In this document: one piece after another, positions 1 through 12,635 of the stretch
Layout: each line of letters opens with the position of its first letter
Position numbering within the stretch: the stretch's first letter is position 1
Assembly: GCA_976226885.1 (NCBI GenBank)
Contig: OZ320318.1
Coordinates: 24,490,001 to 24,554,000, forward strand
Reading direction: 5' to 3'
Length of the DNA stretch: 64,000 nt
Source: Iphione sp. A-MEVVRFRX5
Lineage: Eukaryota
Position numbers and translations under genes: made by a program
The notes under the pieces: generated by a model
Database searches by the model: none
What the model saw: the letters and a program-made list of their open reading frames with translations, nothing else
Told to the model about the DNA's origin: nothing

Positions 1-299
1 GAGGGCCTCATACTTCTAATGCCAAATGTCTCTACATGCCATGGGGTGCTCTGTCTGGTATGGCCTAGATCCATCCTCCAGATATGCTTCCCCTCTGCTC
101 TAATGCTCCCTCTTCACTCACGCACTCATCCATCCAAACAGCCAAGCCCCACCACCGCCCATGGCGACACGCGCCTAACCGCCCATCCATCCGCAACAAA
201 ACATGCCTTTCCCTTGTACAGGCATATCCTCCGTTCGGTGCGTCCCTGCGACTTTCAAGGACGCCATCAATACATGCGCACGACCCTCGCGTGACCTAG

Positions 300-460
300 A
301 TACAGACCAATCAGAGCGCGTATGATTAGCATATCCAATTGGGTAACGCCACAACAAAGCAGGAAGCGGGGATCCAAAACGTCAAGGCGGGAGTGGGAAC
401 GCGCATCAGCTTGTCGCCCTGTGGAGACTTGAGGTAACCGGGCCCGCCCCTCCTTCCACG
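300..460 (+). promoter_or_regulatory. Promoter-like element (two CCAAT boxes, GC box, CSL-like site) in CpG-rich DNA
   Basis: CCAAT at 307-311 (gaccaatcag) and 335-339, GTGGGAA at 393-399, CCCGCCCC at 443-450. The CpG-dense sequence continues to ~830, with a possible donor GCG|GTAGGT at 707. Confidence 0.45.
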
Positions 461-978
461 GCCCACAGCCGAGCGGCTCGTTCTTGCTCAGGCCTTTTCC
501 CCCCCTCCCCACTCGCCTGCCTGCCAGGACGACCCCCCTGTACTGGACGACGAGGTCAGGATGTTTGAAATGAACCGGAGTGGCATGGCTCTGGCTGCTG
601 TCGCCTGTGGATTGAGTTCTTAAGATTGCCGCTATTTTGTCTAGCCGTCTCCGAGCTTCTCCTCGTGGTGGCCCGTATTCTCCCTCCGACTGAGCGCGTC
701 GTCGCGGTAGGTCGCGTCCCTAAAATGCGCGAAGCGGTGCGACTAAGAGTGTTCGACGGAGAACTTGGACTTAGCTTCAACCTCCCACCGACCATCTGAC
801 CGGGGGGATCCTGCTGCAAGGTTCCGGCCACAGATACGTTTTCCTTCTCGTCTTACAAAACTTAGATGTAAAGCTCTATGAAACAAATGTAAGAAAGTGT
901 TCAGCAACAGCAGCATTCTCCTAGGAACGAAGAAACAATTTGGAATTTAACAAGTACTGAAGCTCTAGAACTCTCCAG

Positions 979-1033
979 GTTTCATGGGAATTATTGTGCA
1001 GCGTACATTGCTCTAAATTCTACAACAAAAAAG
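979..1033 (+). other. Candidate short (probably untranslated) exon
   Basis: Acceptor ctctccag| at 978 and consensus donor AAG|GTGAGT at 1034 define 55 nt. No recognisable protein. Confidence 0.3.
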
Positions 1034-2589
1034 GTGAGTGTCTTGATGTTGTTTGTACTGATACTAGTTTCTTTTTACAAGGGATTCCAATGCCTTTATT
1101 TCTACACGTACAGTCAGCGTCTCTTCTGATGGGAGCTCGAAAAAAGTACCCTGTTACTCACCTGCCCAAACAGTTTTCCCCATGCCCTTAACTGTCCTCA
1201 AATGTTAAAAGTCTCTCCATTTCCGTTTGCATTTCACAACCCCTTGTGCTCTCCCCACCAGAGTCCCCCATGACGTCAGGGATGCGCGGCGCTTTCTGCG
1301 CAGTAGTTGAGGCGCGAAGCTCCCCAATCTGACTCCCTCGGCGCGTTGACTGGCAACCGCAGGGACGGGAGAGGCTAGTGGCGTGGTCATGTTTACCTTA
1401 CCGTGGTTACAGCCAACCCCCAAAACCTTCTCTTCTATCGGCCCCTCAATCCCGTCCAGCTTCAACAACACGCTCTGCTACCCAGTAGAGGCACGGGCAT
1501 GATTACGGAGGAAAGGGAGTGGGGGCGAGGCGCTTGAAATCTGCTGAACTTGTGATAATCGTGCAAAATTCAGAGTGCTGGGCAACGAAAAATTGATTCA
1601 ACTGACACCATTTTGCTTTGCTGTATTGACCGTGTATACGTGCTTCTCAGCAGAATGCAATCATCCGACATGCAGGCATCAGATGTGAGGGAAGTGGAAG
1701 GTTTTGTTTGTGTAACTGAGACACGGTTGGCTCGTCGAAACTACTGCAAATAATATCCAAAAAGAAAGACACTTTACGTTAGGAACCAAACGAATATTAT
1801 CAGTAAGGACAGGTTTAATGTAAGGTTCCTGAAGGCGATATATGGAATTGCCGAAAATGAAACAGAAGATGGAAACAGGAGGATGGGTATGATATTGGCG
1901 TGGATAAAACATACATGAATGTGAACCGTGTCATGGAAAGCTAGCCACGCGATTGAAGCGGATGTAAGACATACAACAAACTGAAAGGGTCAGGGGAAAG
2001 AAAAGACAGAAAATACATTAAAAATCGAACTAGGGGCAACGCTAGTTATGGTACGGTGGAGTAGCCGTAGGAGGCAGCACTTCAGTTGCAGTGGTTGCGC
2101 GGGAACAAGGGGACGCCGAGGGACTGGAGGCCGCAGCAGGGAGGAGGGAGGCGGGGGCAGAGGGCGGGGAACAGCGAACCTGGGGAGAGAATCAATATGA
2201 CGCCGACATGGGCTTCTCAGGGACAAGCTCTCCATGCATAGACGTGTACTATCGCTGAAGCAAGTTGTAAATTAATCTTAGATCATGAACCTGAGTACCA
2301 TGGGAGAATGCACTCTAATATTCAATGGCTATTAAACTTTTAAAGGCGTTGGAAAGGTTGTAGAACCTAGAGATTTGAACTGACAACCTACCGTCGTAAT
2401 ATTAAAGCAGGTGTCTCTTCAAGACGAAAAAATTATTGTAGCGATTTCTTCCTGCCTAGCCAGATACCATTTTGATATTCTTTATCGACTGAGCTTGGTT
2501 AAAGTTAAGAAAATGAAAGGCGATATTTGAATATTCGAAATGTTCATCGGAGCATAGGCAAGTCTAATACAAAGGCCTTGGGCAATAGC

Positions 2590-2730
2590 AAGCAGCAGCA
2601 GCAGCGGTGGCGGCGGCGGCGGTGGCAGCAGCAGGAGCAGTGGCTTTACTTGCAGCAGTGATGGAGGCAGTGGTGGCACTGGTGGTGGCAGTGCAGTGGT
2701 TTGGTGGTGCAGTGGTGCAGGATGGGGGTC
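2590..2730. repeat. GC-rich degenerate trinucleotide repeat (GCA/GCG/GTG)
   Basis: agcagcagcagcagcggtggcggcggcggcggtggcagcagc... is visible directly and generates the low-complexity ORFs 2482-2991 and 2607-2807. Confidence 0.85.
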
Positions 2731-4187
2731 GCCATAGTAATGGCGCTCGAACAGATGACGGTGACGGTGGTGGCCCACACCGACGAACTCTGCTCGGGGA
2801 ACCTTAGTCATTGAGTCACGAACAGAATCTGGCCTGGAAGCGGACGGGGAGTACAGCGTCAGGCGAGATTCGCATACGAAAGGCACAGCTGAGAAGCGAC
2901 AACAGCAAATAAAATCATAACGCAAAAAAATAAGCCACCTCAAGTATGGCATCACTTTAACACTAAAAAAAGATGTTTTCTGTTGGCTCAATTCGAGTCA
3001 AAAATGAACAACGTGCGCTTGAATTTAAATTCGAGAGAAGAGGTGCGATGATAGGAAAACCAATCTTAGTAGTATAATGAATTTAGAATTTGTATGCAGC
3101 AAGGGCAGCTGTTTTTAAATTTCTCTTCGGCCCCTATTTATACATACACGAGGAAGGGTTCAGATAATGAGTTGCTTGGCAAGCAAACAAATCCTCCACG
3201 CTCCATGAAGGTCTTTCATAGTCTTTTTTCCATGAAACTGTAAAAAGCGAGAGTAAACATAATAAAGATAAGTCATACAGTATTAATGGGTGCCCTGCAA
3301 GCGCCAAATGGAAAGTCGAAGCACCTGTCGGTAGGTGCGTCCGTGCGGGTGAAGGTGAGGAAATTGTTACCTGTATCATACCCGAGTGCACCGATGGCAC
3401 ACCCAGGCTAGCCATAGTGCAGTCCCTGCTATGTTAAATGCTAGCACGCTTGACCCGGCAGGTGTTGTGATCCCCGCCAAGTCTGTCCTTTGACACTATA
3501 TTTAGCGCCCAAAACAATCACGTCACACAGGCATCATCTCATATTACAGCAGCTAATACAAATCGCAAAGGTAGTCCGTGATATCCGAGTCGCATTCGGA
3601 AATCGGTCGTAAAGGCCATTATTGTAACCAAAAACTGGTGAAGGGGACAAATAGCAAACTACGGCTAGGACTGATTAGGCAGGCCTCAACCTACACACTG
3701 ATTAGGTTACTCAATTACATGCAGTCATAAATATGATAGGATTCGTCCTTCCTTCATGACTGTAATCATGCGTTTTCAGGGTACTTTGCTCTCAATGCGC
3801 ATTGAATACCTTCTCTCTGGATTAAATCTAGATGCCTCAGTTGGCGATAACACCGGCTGAGAGCAGTTAACGCTGCACTGATAGGTTTTGGCATTTGTCA
3901 GTAGTATTGGCTCTGAGATGTCGAGACTGAGTGCCCAAAGGTCGCAGTGCGGATAAGTTGATAAGTTAATCAATATCCCTCTCCCTGGCTACCCTGACGT
4001 ACGTGTGTGCATCAGGCATCAAAGGTTTACCACTGAAAAGGTCGGCTTCGTCATATCGATAGGTGTATTAAAAGGGAACACACACAACTAAAAGGGACAA
4101 AACCGAAAGCGGCTGGCTGATTGGGTGCTGTGAACTTTGCGAGGGGAATAAATGTACCGGGCAGAAGGCGTCAAGCAAAACAGTTGG

Positions 4188-4223
4188 GAGAGAGAGAGGG
4201 AGAGAGAGAGAGAGAGAGAACAC

Positions 4224-4260
<37 letters not shown>
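4188..4260 (+). repeat. (GA)n microsatellite
   Basis: Interrupted GA dinucleotide run. Confidence 0.95.
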
Positions 4261-4672
4261 CGCGTGCGCGCGAGAGAGGCGAGTGGATTATCTTTTCACG
4301 GTCATCAGAACAAGTAACGTTTCATTCTGTCAGAAGCCGATGGTTTCTCAAAGGATAAGTTTTAACTTGGTTCCGAAGAAGAAAGTTGCTCTGCAGGCAT
4401 CGGCGGTGCCTGTTATTACCTCACATTTAGGTGCGAGTTCCCGTCCTTACTTTCAAGACTTTTGGAAGTCATATGAAAGAACCAAGCTCAAGTCGAGATG
4501 CGGATCGAAGCATGGTGGATTCAAACAGAATGCATCCTGAAGAGTTTATTCAAACCTTATATACAATACAACTAGTCATGAAGTAATGTGCGACGTCATT
4601 GCGACATCACCATTTCAGAAAATAACTGATAAGCTCATGTCTGAGGCTCAAGAGCATACATTATATACACAA

Positions 4673-4760
4673 AGGAGAAACAAACCAACTGATCCACATG
4701 ATGGAGTGAGAGTTTGTAGGAGAAACAAACCAACTGATCCACATAATGGAGTCAGAGTTT
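4673..4760. repeat. 45-bp tandem duplication (2 copies)
   Basis: aggagaaacaaaccaactgatccacat(g/a)atggagt(g/c)agagttt at 4673 and 4718, with two mismatches over the aligned 43 nt. Confidence 0.95.
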
Positions 4761-6569
4761 ATTTATAAGAGTAAAATAATAATATATTAATTAAATAAGC
4801 AATTAAGACAGAAGAACAGTTAATATTAAATAAGGAAAACCCCCTTACATTTAATGATCAGTCCCAATGCTCCAGGAGTCCCCCTCCCACCATATATTCA
4901 AATATTTGAAGATATGTTAATCAAAGAACACCAACAGAAGAGATGATATTGACACACGTATGTATATACTTGTATGTTTAGCCATAAAGGCTGTAAGCAT
5001 TGTTTGATAGAGAGAGGGATGGCAGGAAAAGGTGTCCTTGAATACATGGCTATACGATTAATAGACCAGTAGAGCCTGTGTAATCTACTGATTCAGCTAA
5101 ATACATGTAGCTTACTGCAGGTCAAGGGAAACAGTGTTGGCTTAGCGACCGGGTTGTGTATAGGTTGAAACCAGCAGATGGGTGATGAGAAACAAAGGAG
5201 AGGAAGAGAGAGTTTTTGAGAGCAAACTACGAAACCCAGTCGACGTATGTGTAATACACATCAAACAAACTAGTGGTGCATATTAAGCCAAGGTAGAAAC
5301 AGATGCTTTGCAAGAGCATTTAGAGAAAATATTAGTACTGTAGAATGGGAGATATTGATGCATTACTGTTGAGTTGGTAGAACATAGTTGTCCATATTGA
5401 CCAACCATATATACTGGATACACTCGATTATGTCCACCATGCCGTGATTGGCTAGAACCATTGAATATATTTTTAGATACAATAAATTATTTCTTTTTCA
5501 TTCCATGTAACAATATGATTGGTCAAAAATCCCCTGATCACATGACTTATTCTCTACTATATATATTTGCCTTGTTTGGCCAATAAATCAATCTACACTT
5601 GCAATTGGTATAAGACACTTTTCTTTACTAAACCCAATTTGGTTTGACAGTATATTCGAAATTTGCTTTGAATTGAACACGAAGAAGCTGTTTTTGTTGA
5701 ATATATTCACCTCCCAAACGTCTCATTGATCATCATAGTAAGTCTACTTTCTGGCGTCTAATTTCTACCTTTCCCTCCGCATACCCTACGAAAATACATA
5801 AGCCTCTAGAAGTATCGTTCACGGCGAACGCACTTAATCTAATCCCCTTTTGATCTTCATATTTCTCTCATGAGACTGAGGCTTCCTCTCATTTTTCCGA
5901 ACAGGTCCTTTAACCCCCAGCGCCTTTCCCAATGAAATCAATATCCCAGCACTGACCACACGCGCGCTCTCTTAATAAGGGCCTTCAAAAATGACAGTCG
6001 ACTAATTCTATCGCTGGCTATTATTCTCCCGCAGCTTTCGGGAACATGGTCTCTCTTAAGGGTCCCTCTCCTGTTTAGCACCATACCATCCCTATACAAA
6101 CACTCCAAACAAGCGCGGGACAACACAAGGAATTCTAATGACCGATGAAGAAATACATGTACACTTTCAAAAAGAAACAGTTATGATCGACTTATATTTG
6201 TATCAGTATACAAGATGGAACCGTTGGTCTTCGAAAATTTAGCATGCCAGTGAATAGATCCTGGCAAAAAGTGCTTATATTCCCATAAGCTCTACAATAA
6301 TCAACTGTGCCCCTTCTCTCACCCAGGGGTAATAAAGCTAATCAGCAGACTTGGCAGCACCGAGCAACCCAGGGGTCCTGAGGCTTTATACCGAGGGGTG
6401 ATGTAAAGGCCTCGTTGCATGTGCATGATGTTAATTATTGGCACCGATAAATATCTGCCTTTTATACCCCAGGGAATCTCATGGGTTGTAGGAAGAGAAG
6501 ACAGAGCATACTCGGGAGACATTAAAACATACCCGTTGGAAAGATGGGCAGACAGACAGACAGCCATAT

Positions 6570-6660
6570 GGAGAAAGAGAGAAGGAGAGAGAGATAGGGA
6601 GGGAGAAGGAAGTATGAGAGAGAGAGAAAGAGGGAGGGAGGAGAGAGAGTGAGAGAGAGG
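6570..6660 (+). repeat. GA-rich polypurine tract
   Basis: gagaaagagagaaggagagagatagggagggagaagg... seen directly. Confidence 0.9.
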
Positions 6661-6669
6661 GGGTGGGCA

Positions 6670-7600
6670 AATTATTTACAGACCGAGTGCCTGTTGGATA
6701 TGTAGGCAGGTTTTCATCTGTTTTCAAATGCTGAAAACTTATTGTAGATCTGCTGAAATAGCGGACTGATACAGGGGATAGAGATGTAGTGAGCTTGGTC
6801 AGAATTTCTGGGTTTCATTAGATTTCATGTCGTGTCATTGATTCATTTCTACAAACATTGACTGTTTTTTAACCACTTTACCAACAGGAAACAGTCCTAC
6901 AGGCTTCAGCACTTGGACCTCTGTTGTTTTTCTCTTTATCAACGATATACCCGCTCATATATTAGGCTCCATCATTCCTTTTGCTGATCATACTCTGACA
7001 ATCATAAAAGCCAAAAGCACAAGTGAGCTACATGCCTTAACTCAAAAAACATGTAGAAGTGGATAACAGGAGCAAGAAAAATTTACTCATACTTAATACA
7101 AACAAAACTAAGATTATATGCGTATCACCCAGAAGCACCAGGATATTAACTGATCAAGAAAAGCCTTTGGTTAAAAATGATTAAACTCTAGTAGAATTTG
7201 TCAATTCTTAGAAGTATACCTACTTAGGTATTAAAATTGTCAATATCTTTGAATATCAGCTAGAAACGAATCAACTTGTTTAAAAAACGCTCAGTATGAT
7301 ACAGTATGTTAAAGCGATTATAACAAAGTCAGAACGGAGCTGTGGCACTAATTAACAATCATGAAGGGAGTGAAGCAAAAATCTCCCACTCAAGAGAGGC
7401 ACACATAAGATACAGTATACAGAGTACCTAGAGAAGAAGACTCATATTTATGTTTCAACTAGAAGTCGCCAAGCAGTCCATAATGGGAGAAGTCAAAGAT
7501 AACTTGACAAGGTGACGACCTTGCTTTGAAACTATTCATTCAAAAACGAATAAAGAACTCTCTGTATAACTAAAGTAAAAAAAGCATGGAATCATCTTGA
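6670..7600 (+). mobile_element. Degenerate non-LTR retrotransposon (CR1/L2-like LINE) reverse-transcriptase remnant
   Basis: RT motifs occur in the canonical order across stops and frameshifts: CLLDM*AGFH (~6688-6717, cf. FLDLSKAFD); LQASALGPLLF (6897-6929, cf. PQGSVLGPLLF); after a frameshift in the T-run, LFINDIP...FADHT (cf. YINDLP...FADDT); LNTNKTKII; TYLGIKI; and a weaker KAWNHL near 7585 (cf. WNxLP). Confidence 0.85.
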
Positions 7601-8400
7601 ACCCCTCTATGGGAACATGGTTGATCATCTGGAAGGGCACTTTCATTCCTAGCAGGAAATCATTGCGACTATTTTACTATTTATGCTCTGTTTCAGCGTG
7701 ATTTGAATTATTATCTAAAACTCTAAATAACTAAAAAGGCTATATTATCAGGAAATACAAGCATTTCGCGACTGAAGTCAGGCAACTAACCTGAGCTGTT
7801 CGAAAGAGAAGGTGGCTTTGAAGGGAAGGTAAACTCATTAGGCCGGCATTCTATTGTCACGTGGTATAAATAAACGTACACTCTCATCCTGTAACTTTCA
7901 TTCTGTAACCTCTCGAGGTTATTATATTTTTACGCCGTTAACGAGGATTGCTGGTTATTCAACGATTCTTTTACAAAATACCTTCTCAAATGGTTTGTTT
8001 GTGTTTCCTTGGCATGCCGTTTAAATAGAAAATGTTTTAATGAAACTCTCAAGTACCGCCATTTAACACAATAATTGACAGATTATGTAGAGAACTGGGA
8101 AATACCTGCATATTAATCTTGAACATGTAACGCGTTGAAGCAGAGCATATTAATCTGCATTTGCCTGTTGCATTGCCCAACATATATACATCAGTTACGC
8201 CCTCCTCATATAGTTGAATATAAATTTATTTTTGTCATTGTAGCTGTTGTACATAAAGAGGGGGGTGGGTTTACGGCATAGAATTATGAACCAATTTCGC
8301 TTCTTTGTATGCTTAATCATATCACCTGATATATGACATGTTGTGGTGTTGACCGAGACGACCAGGCTAGAAGACTTGGTTATGCCATTGAATCTGTGAC

Positions 8401-8468
8401 TCCCCCTCTCTCTCTTCCTCTCTCCCTCTCTCTCTATCTTTCTCTCTCCCTCTTTCTCTCTCTCTTTC
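8401..8468 (-). repeat. CT-rich polypyrimidine microsatellite
   Basis: Interrupted (CT)n run. Confidence 0.9.
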
Positions 8469-8982
8469 TATACATATGTGAAAAGTAAAGGGTTTATTTT
8501 CATAAGGATATAGTAAGGCAATGACGAGCTCTCTCACCTTGGCATCGGGGGAATGTGAGTGACACAACATACATGTAGTAACGATGTATGTATGGAATTT
8601 CATAGGTGACATTCATCATTCAATCTGAATTGTTTAAAAAGAATAGAACCTAAAGCCATCTTAATTTCTATGTTTTATTCGGCCTCCTTTTAGAGTACAT
8701 ATTTCATGTTATCTAGCTGTAATCCTCTCGTTTCCTATATCCTCAATTCCCTCCCGGTAAGTTTATGGGAGACCTTTTGCAGTTGTGCTTAGGATTTGAA
8801 CCGGCTACCTGATTTCTATATGCATACACTCTACCACTGTGCCACGTCTGTAACAGTGGGAACATGCCGGCAGATTTGGTGCTTTTGCTATGAAAGTGGC
8901 CTCAGGCCATAAACTTAACCAGAACACCAACTTCAATACAGAGGAACTTTCAGAGAGTTTTCTATAATACAGGTATACATGC

Positions 8983-9249
8983 ACTAGACTACTGATTACT
9001 GGACTACTTACTTCTATATACATGTATTACTTGCTACCAAATTACTAGATTGCTGACTACAAAACTATTGACTGCAAGACTACTGGTTACAAGACCACTA
9101 ACTATGATACCACTGAATACTGGACTATTGATTATCAGACTAATCCCTGCCAGCCTACTTACTACCAGACTATTGATCACTAGACTACTGACAAGTAGAC
9201 TACTATCGATTAGAATACTACCTATGAGACTACTAAACTACTGGCTCTA
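8983..9249. repeat. Degenerate 15-bp minisatellite (consensus about GATTACCAGACTACT)
   Basis: Thirteen contiguous 15-nt units at 9055-9249 (gactacaaaactatt, gactgcaagactact, ggttacaagaccact, ...), plus related units from 8983. Confidence 0.9.
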
Positions 9250-10329
9250 CTCTACTATGGACAGCTGGCTTCCTGAGTACTATGGTAGAGTGTGCCTGGG
9301 AGCGTTTAGAACAGGTCGCTATAAAGGGAAAAAAAGATAGTTATGGGCTTAATCCGCAAGAAAGAAATGTCAAAGATATTACTCTCACAAAATGTGGGAC
9401 AAAGAAATCCCTGTCTCTTCTTACATAGCTTGGATGTTAGGATATGTATATAGAATAATGCATACAACTGTGAATTGATCGGTAACGTTTATCGAATAAG
9501 ACATTACAGATCGAATCAGTCGCATGCAATATACAAAGAACTGTTACATAGAATATAACTTGCATAGCCTTTGAGAAGCAGACTTCTAAGTGGTTCTGAA
9601 AGAATAGGAAACGGTAGCTGCTATTTTTTTGTATTTCATGCACATATAGAGTTTCAATTACTGGCAAGAAAAGTGAAATACAATGGAGGGCCGGGTCTGT
9701 CCAAACCAAGATAAACACATGAAGAGATATACTAGGGTATGTTATAAATCAGTGATATACATATATATATATATGAAAGGAAATGCGCACTTACAATTCG
9801 TATTTAAGAAGAGCTGTAATTTCACTGGTTATTCAAGTTTGACTATGGCCAATTCTAATTGCCTCACAATAAATATTATCCCGTCAAACTTTTGTAATCA
9901 AGTGACGGAATTTTGCTACTAGTTAGCTAGCTTCCCAGCTAGCTAGTTGCTTTCTCTAATTTTGAAAAGGATTTTCTTCCTTTGATATAAAAACTGCATT
10001 TTAGTCTGATTCTAGAACTAACTGTCTCATGTTTGATATTGTGTCTGGTTGTTCCATCTCCTACTGCTGCTTATCATTCTTTGACCTTAAGCTTAAATTT
10101 GTATCAGCTGTTAGGCGGGATGCACATGTACGCAGGAGAAAATTCAGCAATCGCCTCCGAAAGCACGAGGACTGGCCGCCAAGGTGCAGAATGATATAAC
10201 TTCAGCTGTTTCATTACCATAGAATCCAATGGTTTTCACATGCAACTGCAGGACAAAGGCTTTCAGAGTTGTATGTGATTGCAGAAATGCCATCTACATC
10301 TGAAGTAGCTAGTTGATTAGAACGATGGT

Positions 10330-10520
10330 TGCAATGGCCGTCCGTCATAATGGCCGACAATCTATATGGCCATCCATGGTCATTTATGGCTGGTATTTTT
10401 CTGTGAATATGGCTAAACCTAACCCTAACCCTTACCCTAACCCTAACCCTAACCACTGCTGGGCATATTGACTGACTACCCCGGCCATATAAACCCAGCC
10501 ATAAGTTACACTGGCCAGCC
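10330..10520. mobile_element. MITE-like palindromic element with interstitial (CCCTAA)n core
   Basis: Six CCTAAC units at 10418-10453 (one is CCTTAC). Flanking inverted matches: tatatggcc 10363-10371 / ggccatata 10483-10491 and ttatggctgg 10384-10393 / ccagccataa 10495-10504. Termini and TSD not identified. Confidence 0.55.
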
Positions 10521-10939
10521 ACTACATACTGCAGAAGCCTCCTGTATACATGTGAAACGCGCCCTGACTACCAGTCAGAAGTATATTCGTTACTGCTAGA
10601 GAGCCGTCAACCGGATCATTTCCAGCAACTTATTCGGATCAGTCCTTTGACACGTATTTGGCGCATCTGCAAGGGCTTCCATAAACATGCAGAATGGCTA
10701 AAATACAGCATCCTGACGCCACAGTACATGCATTGTGCTTTATAGGATTAAAGTGAGTAACCAATCAGTGAACAACAATAGTTTCCATTTCAGATCGACA
10801 TATAATATGGCTTCTCTTTGTAACATCAGATTTTCCGTCGGGTACAAAATCGGGAGCCTGTGGTGGTTTTTGAGACTCAAAGTTTAAACAAAAGGCCTGA
10901 AAGACAGGCTGCTCCAGGGGCCAGTATAATACATGCCAT

Positions 10940-11720
10940 CGCATTTTCTGGTGACGCCAACAATATGCACTTCACAAAAATTGATGACGTCATCTCCTGG
11001 ACTTGGGCCTGGGTAAAATTAAGCGCCCCATTGGCGCGAACAGCGGAAAGCGACACTCAACGGGCGCATTGTTTGAGGCGGCGGCGGCCTCTCCTCTCCC
11101 CACTCAGTTCAGACCGCTTATGAAATATTCATCACGGGGAATGTTTATCTTTTACCGCGAGCCCTCGTGGGTGCTATGTGGCAGCTGGAGTATGAAATAC
11201 AGGAACAGATACATGAACAAGGCTGTTGGTGGGCGGCCACTGACATCGTTTTTTGTTGGTTCCGTGCCGTGTGCTTTACAGATACAAGAGCGTGGTTAGC
11301 TTGGTCCAGGCGTGCTATATTAGCTCGTATTCCCCCTCCCCTCCTCTCCTCCCCTAATGCAGGCTGATAATACCCGTATTAGCTCTGCCCCGTCTGCTGA
11401 GCGTGGCGTTAAGTTTTCACATTAGGTTGTGTGCTTTTCCCAGTAGGACGACGGATTACGTTCTCTGTTGACGCTCCGGGGGGCCTTGTATAGGCGTCGC
11501 CTCGGGCCTCTGAATCAATAGCCATTTGTACATGGGTGAAGACCGCAGTCCAAAGCGCGTGCGGAGGGTGGAGGATTGCCCATGTAATAGCACTCGATGA
11601 CCACACCTCCCGCCTACCATGACGCCACGTCAGGTAAGGCAACGTCATATGACGTCACGCTATGTGAGGTGATAATCGGCCCGCCACGTTCGATCATTGT
11701 ATGCTGTACTGGAAGTATCG
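10940..11720. promoter_or_regulatory. CpG-rich regulatory island with CRE/ATF sites
   Basis: TGACGTCA at 10985-10992 and 11650-11657, GCCACGTCA (reverse of TGACGTGGC) near 11626, CATTGTT Sox-type site, and donor-like CAG|GTAAGG near 11636. Confidence 0.4.
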
Positions 11721-12544
11721 CATGCCTCCCCTGGGCAGTCATCGGGGCTGCCACCATCTACTGTGTGGCATTATTATTCTCTCTGAAAATAAACGAAGGA
11801 CATGTTCACTGTTTTGATTTGTTTAAGGTTGAAACAGTGGGAGGTGGGGAGGCATGTATTTCAAGGGAACAGAGAAATATGAAAGACCCCTAGTCTGGTA
11901 GGATAATACTTATTTTAATTGAAAGGACGATAGTATACTTGCATTATCTTCCTTAACAGAAATTTGAATTGTGCTCGAAGTGTAAATCGAGTCATGGTAT
12001 TACATTAGTCCAGTACACAGAGCATCTTTCGAATAAGGCACGCAAGATGGAGACAACAGTATACATTGAACCACACTTTTTCGGTAGTAGACTATTAAAT
12101 CAAATATAACGGTACACGAAATGTCCAGTGCGTTCAAAGTGAATTTCACGAGGTGTATGAAGAGCACGGACAACCCTGGTCCCCACAACGACGAAGACCG
12201 CTGACTTATTGTTTCTCTGTTCTGGTGCGGCCCCCCCTAGGGGAAGGAGAGTCTGTCCTGCTGCCTTGTTGTTGTAATGGAACCCCATTTATTTAGCTGC
12301 TTCTCTCATAGATGTAAGTAACACGTATGATGGCCTGCTACACGGCGCCAGACCGTCGCCCAAGAGAGCAACAAATTGCACAGAAATTGAGGATCAGTAG
12401 GTGCTTACTGGTAATGGACATGGTTAGGGCAAGATGTGAAGTAGCGGCGTTGCGTGCGGGTTGATACAATATACAGTGCTCATCGAAGGGTACCAGCTGT
12501 GAAGCCTATCCCCACGGGACGGCACGAAATGCCAATCCTGTTAC

Positions 12545-12635
12545 AAGAGAAAGAGAGAGAGAGTGTGTGTGTGGATACATGTATATGCAGCTGTGGGCAC
12601 GTGCGTGCGAACACGCGCGCGTGTGTATGAGAGAG
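12545..12635. repeat. Compound GA/GT/CG microsatellite
   Basis: gagagagagagtgtgtgtgt...cacgcgcgcgtgtgtatgagagagag. Confidence 0.8.

Noticed and set aside
755-765. 11-nt match to miR-184 (GACGGAGAACT); also a 10-nt miR-124-like TAAGGCACGC at 12034-12043
   Set aside because: Partial matches that diverge immediately, with no precursor hairpin. Expected by chance.
2482-2991. Longest ORF (169 aa, minus strand, Pro/Leu/His-rich)
   Set aside because: It is generated by the GC-rich triplet repeat, has no domain, and all frames give low-complexity text. It looks like UTR or leader sequence.
4121-4540. 139-aa ORF with ER repeats, and similar ORFs at 14351-14886 and 60535-60927
   Set aside because: Read-through of (GA)n, (CT)n and (CCCT)n microsatellites.
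8708-8721. 14-nt exact match to the 3' part of miR-9 (GTTATCTAGCTGTA)
   Set aside because: The seed region does not match and there is no complementary star arm or hairpin nearby.
8983-9249. Regular repeat considered as a CRISPR-like array
   Set aside because: The units are contiguous, degenerate 15-mers with no unique spacers, there are no cas genes, and the context is eukaryotic.
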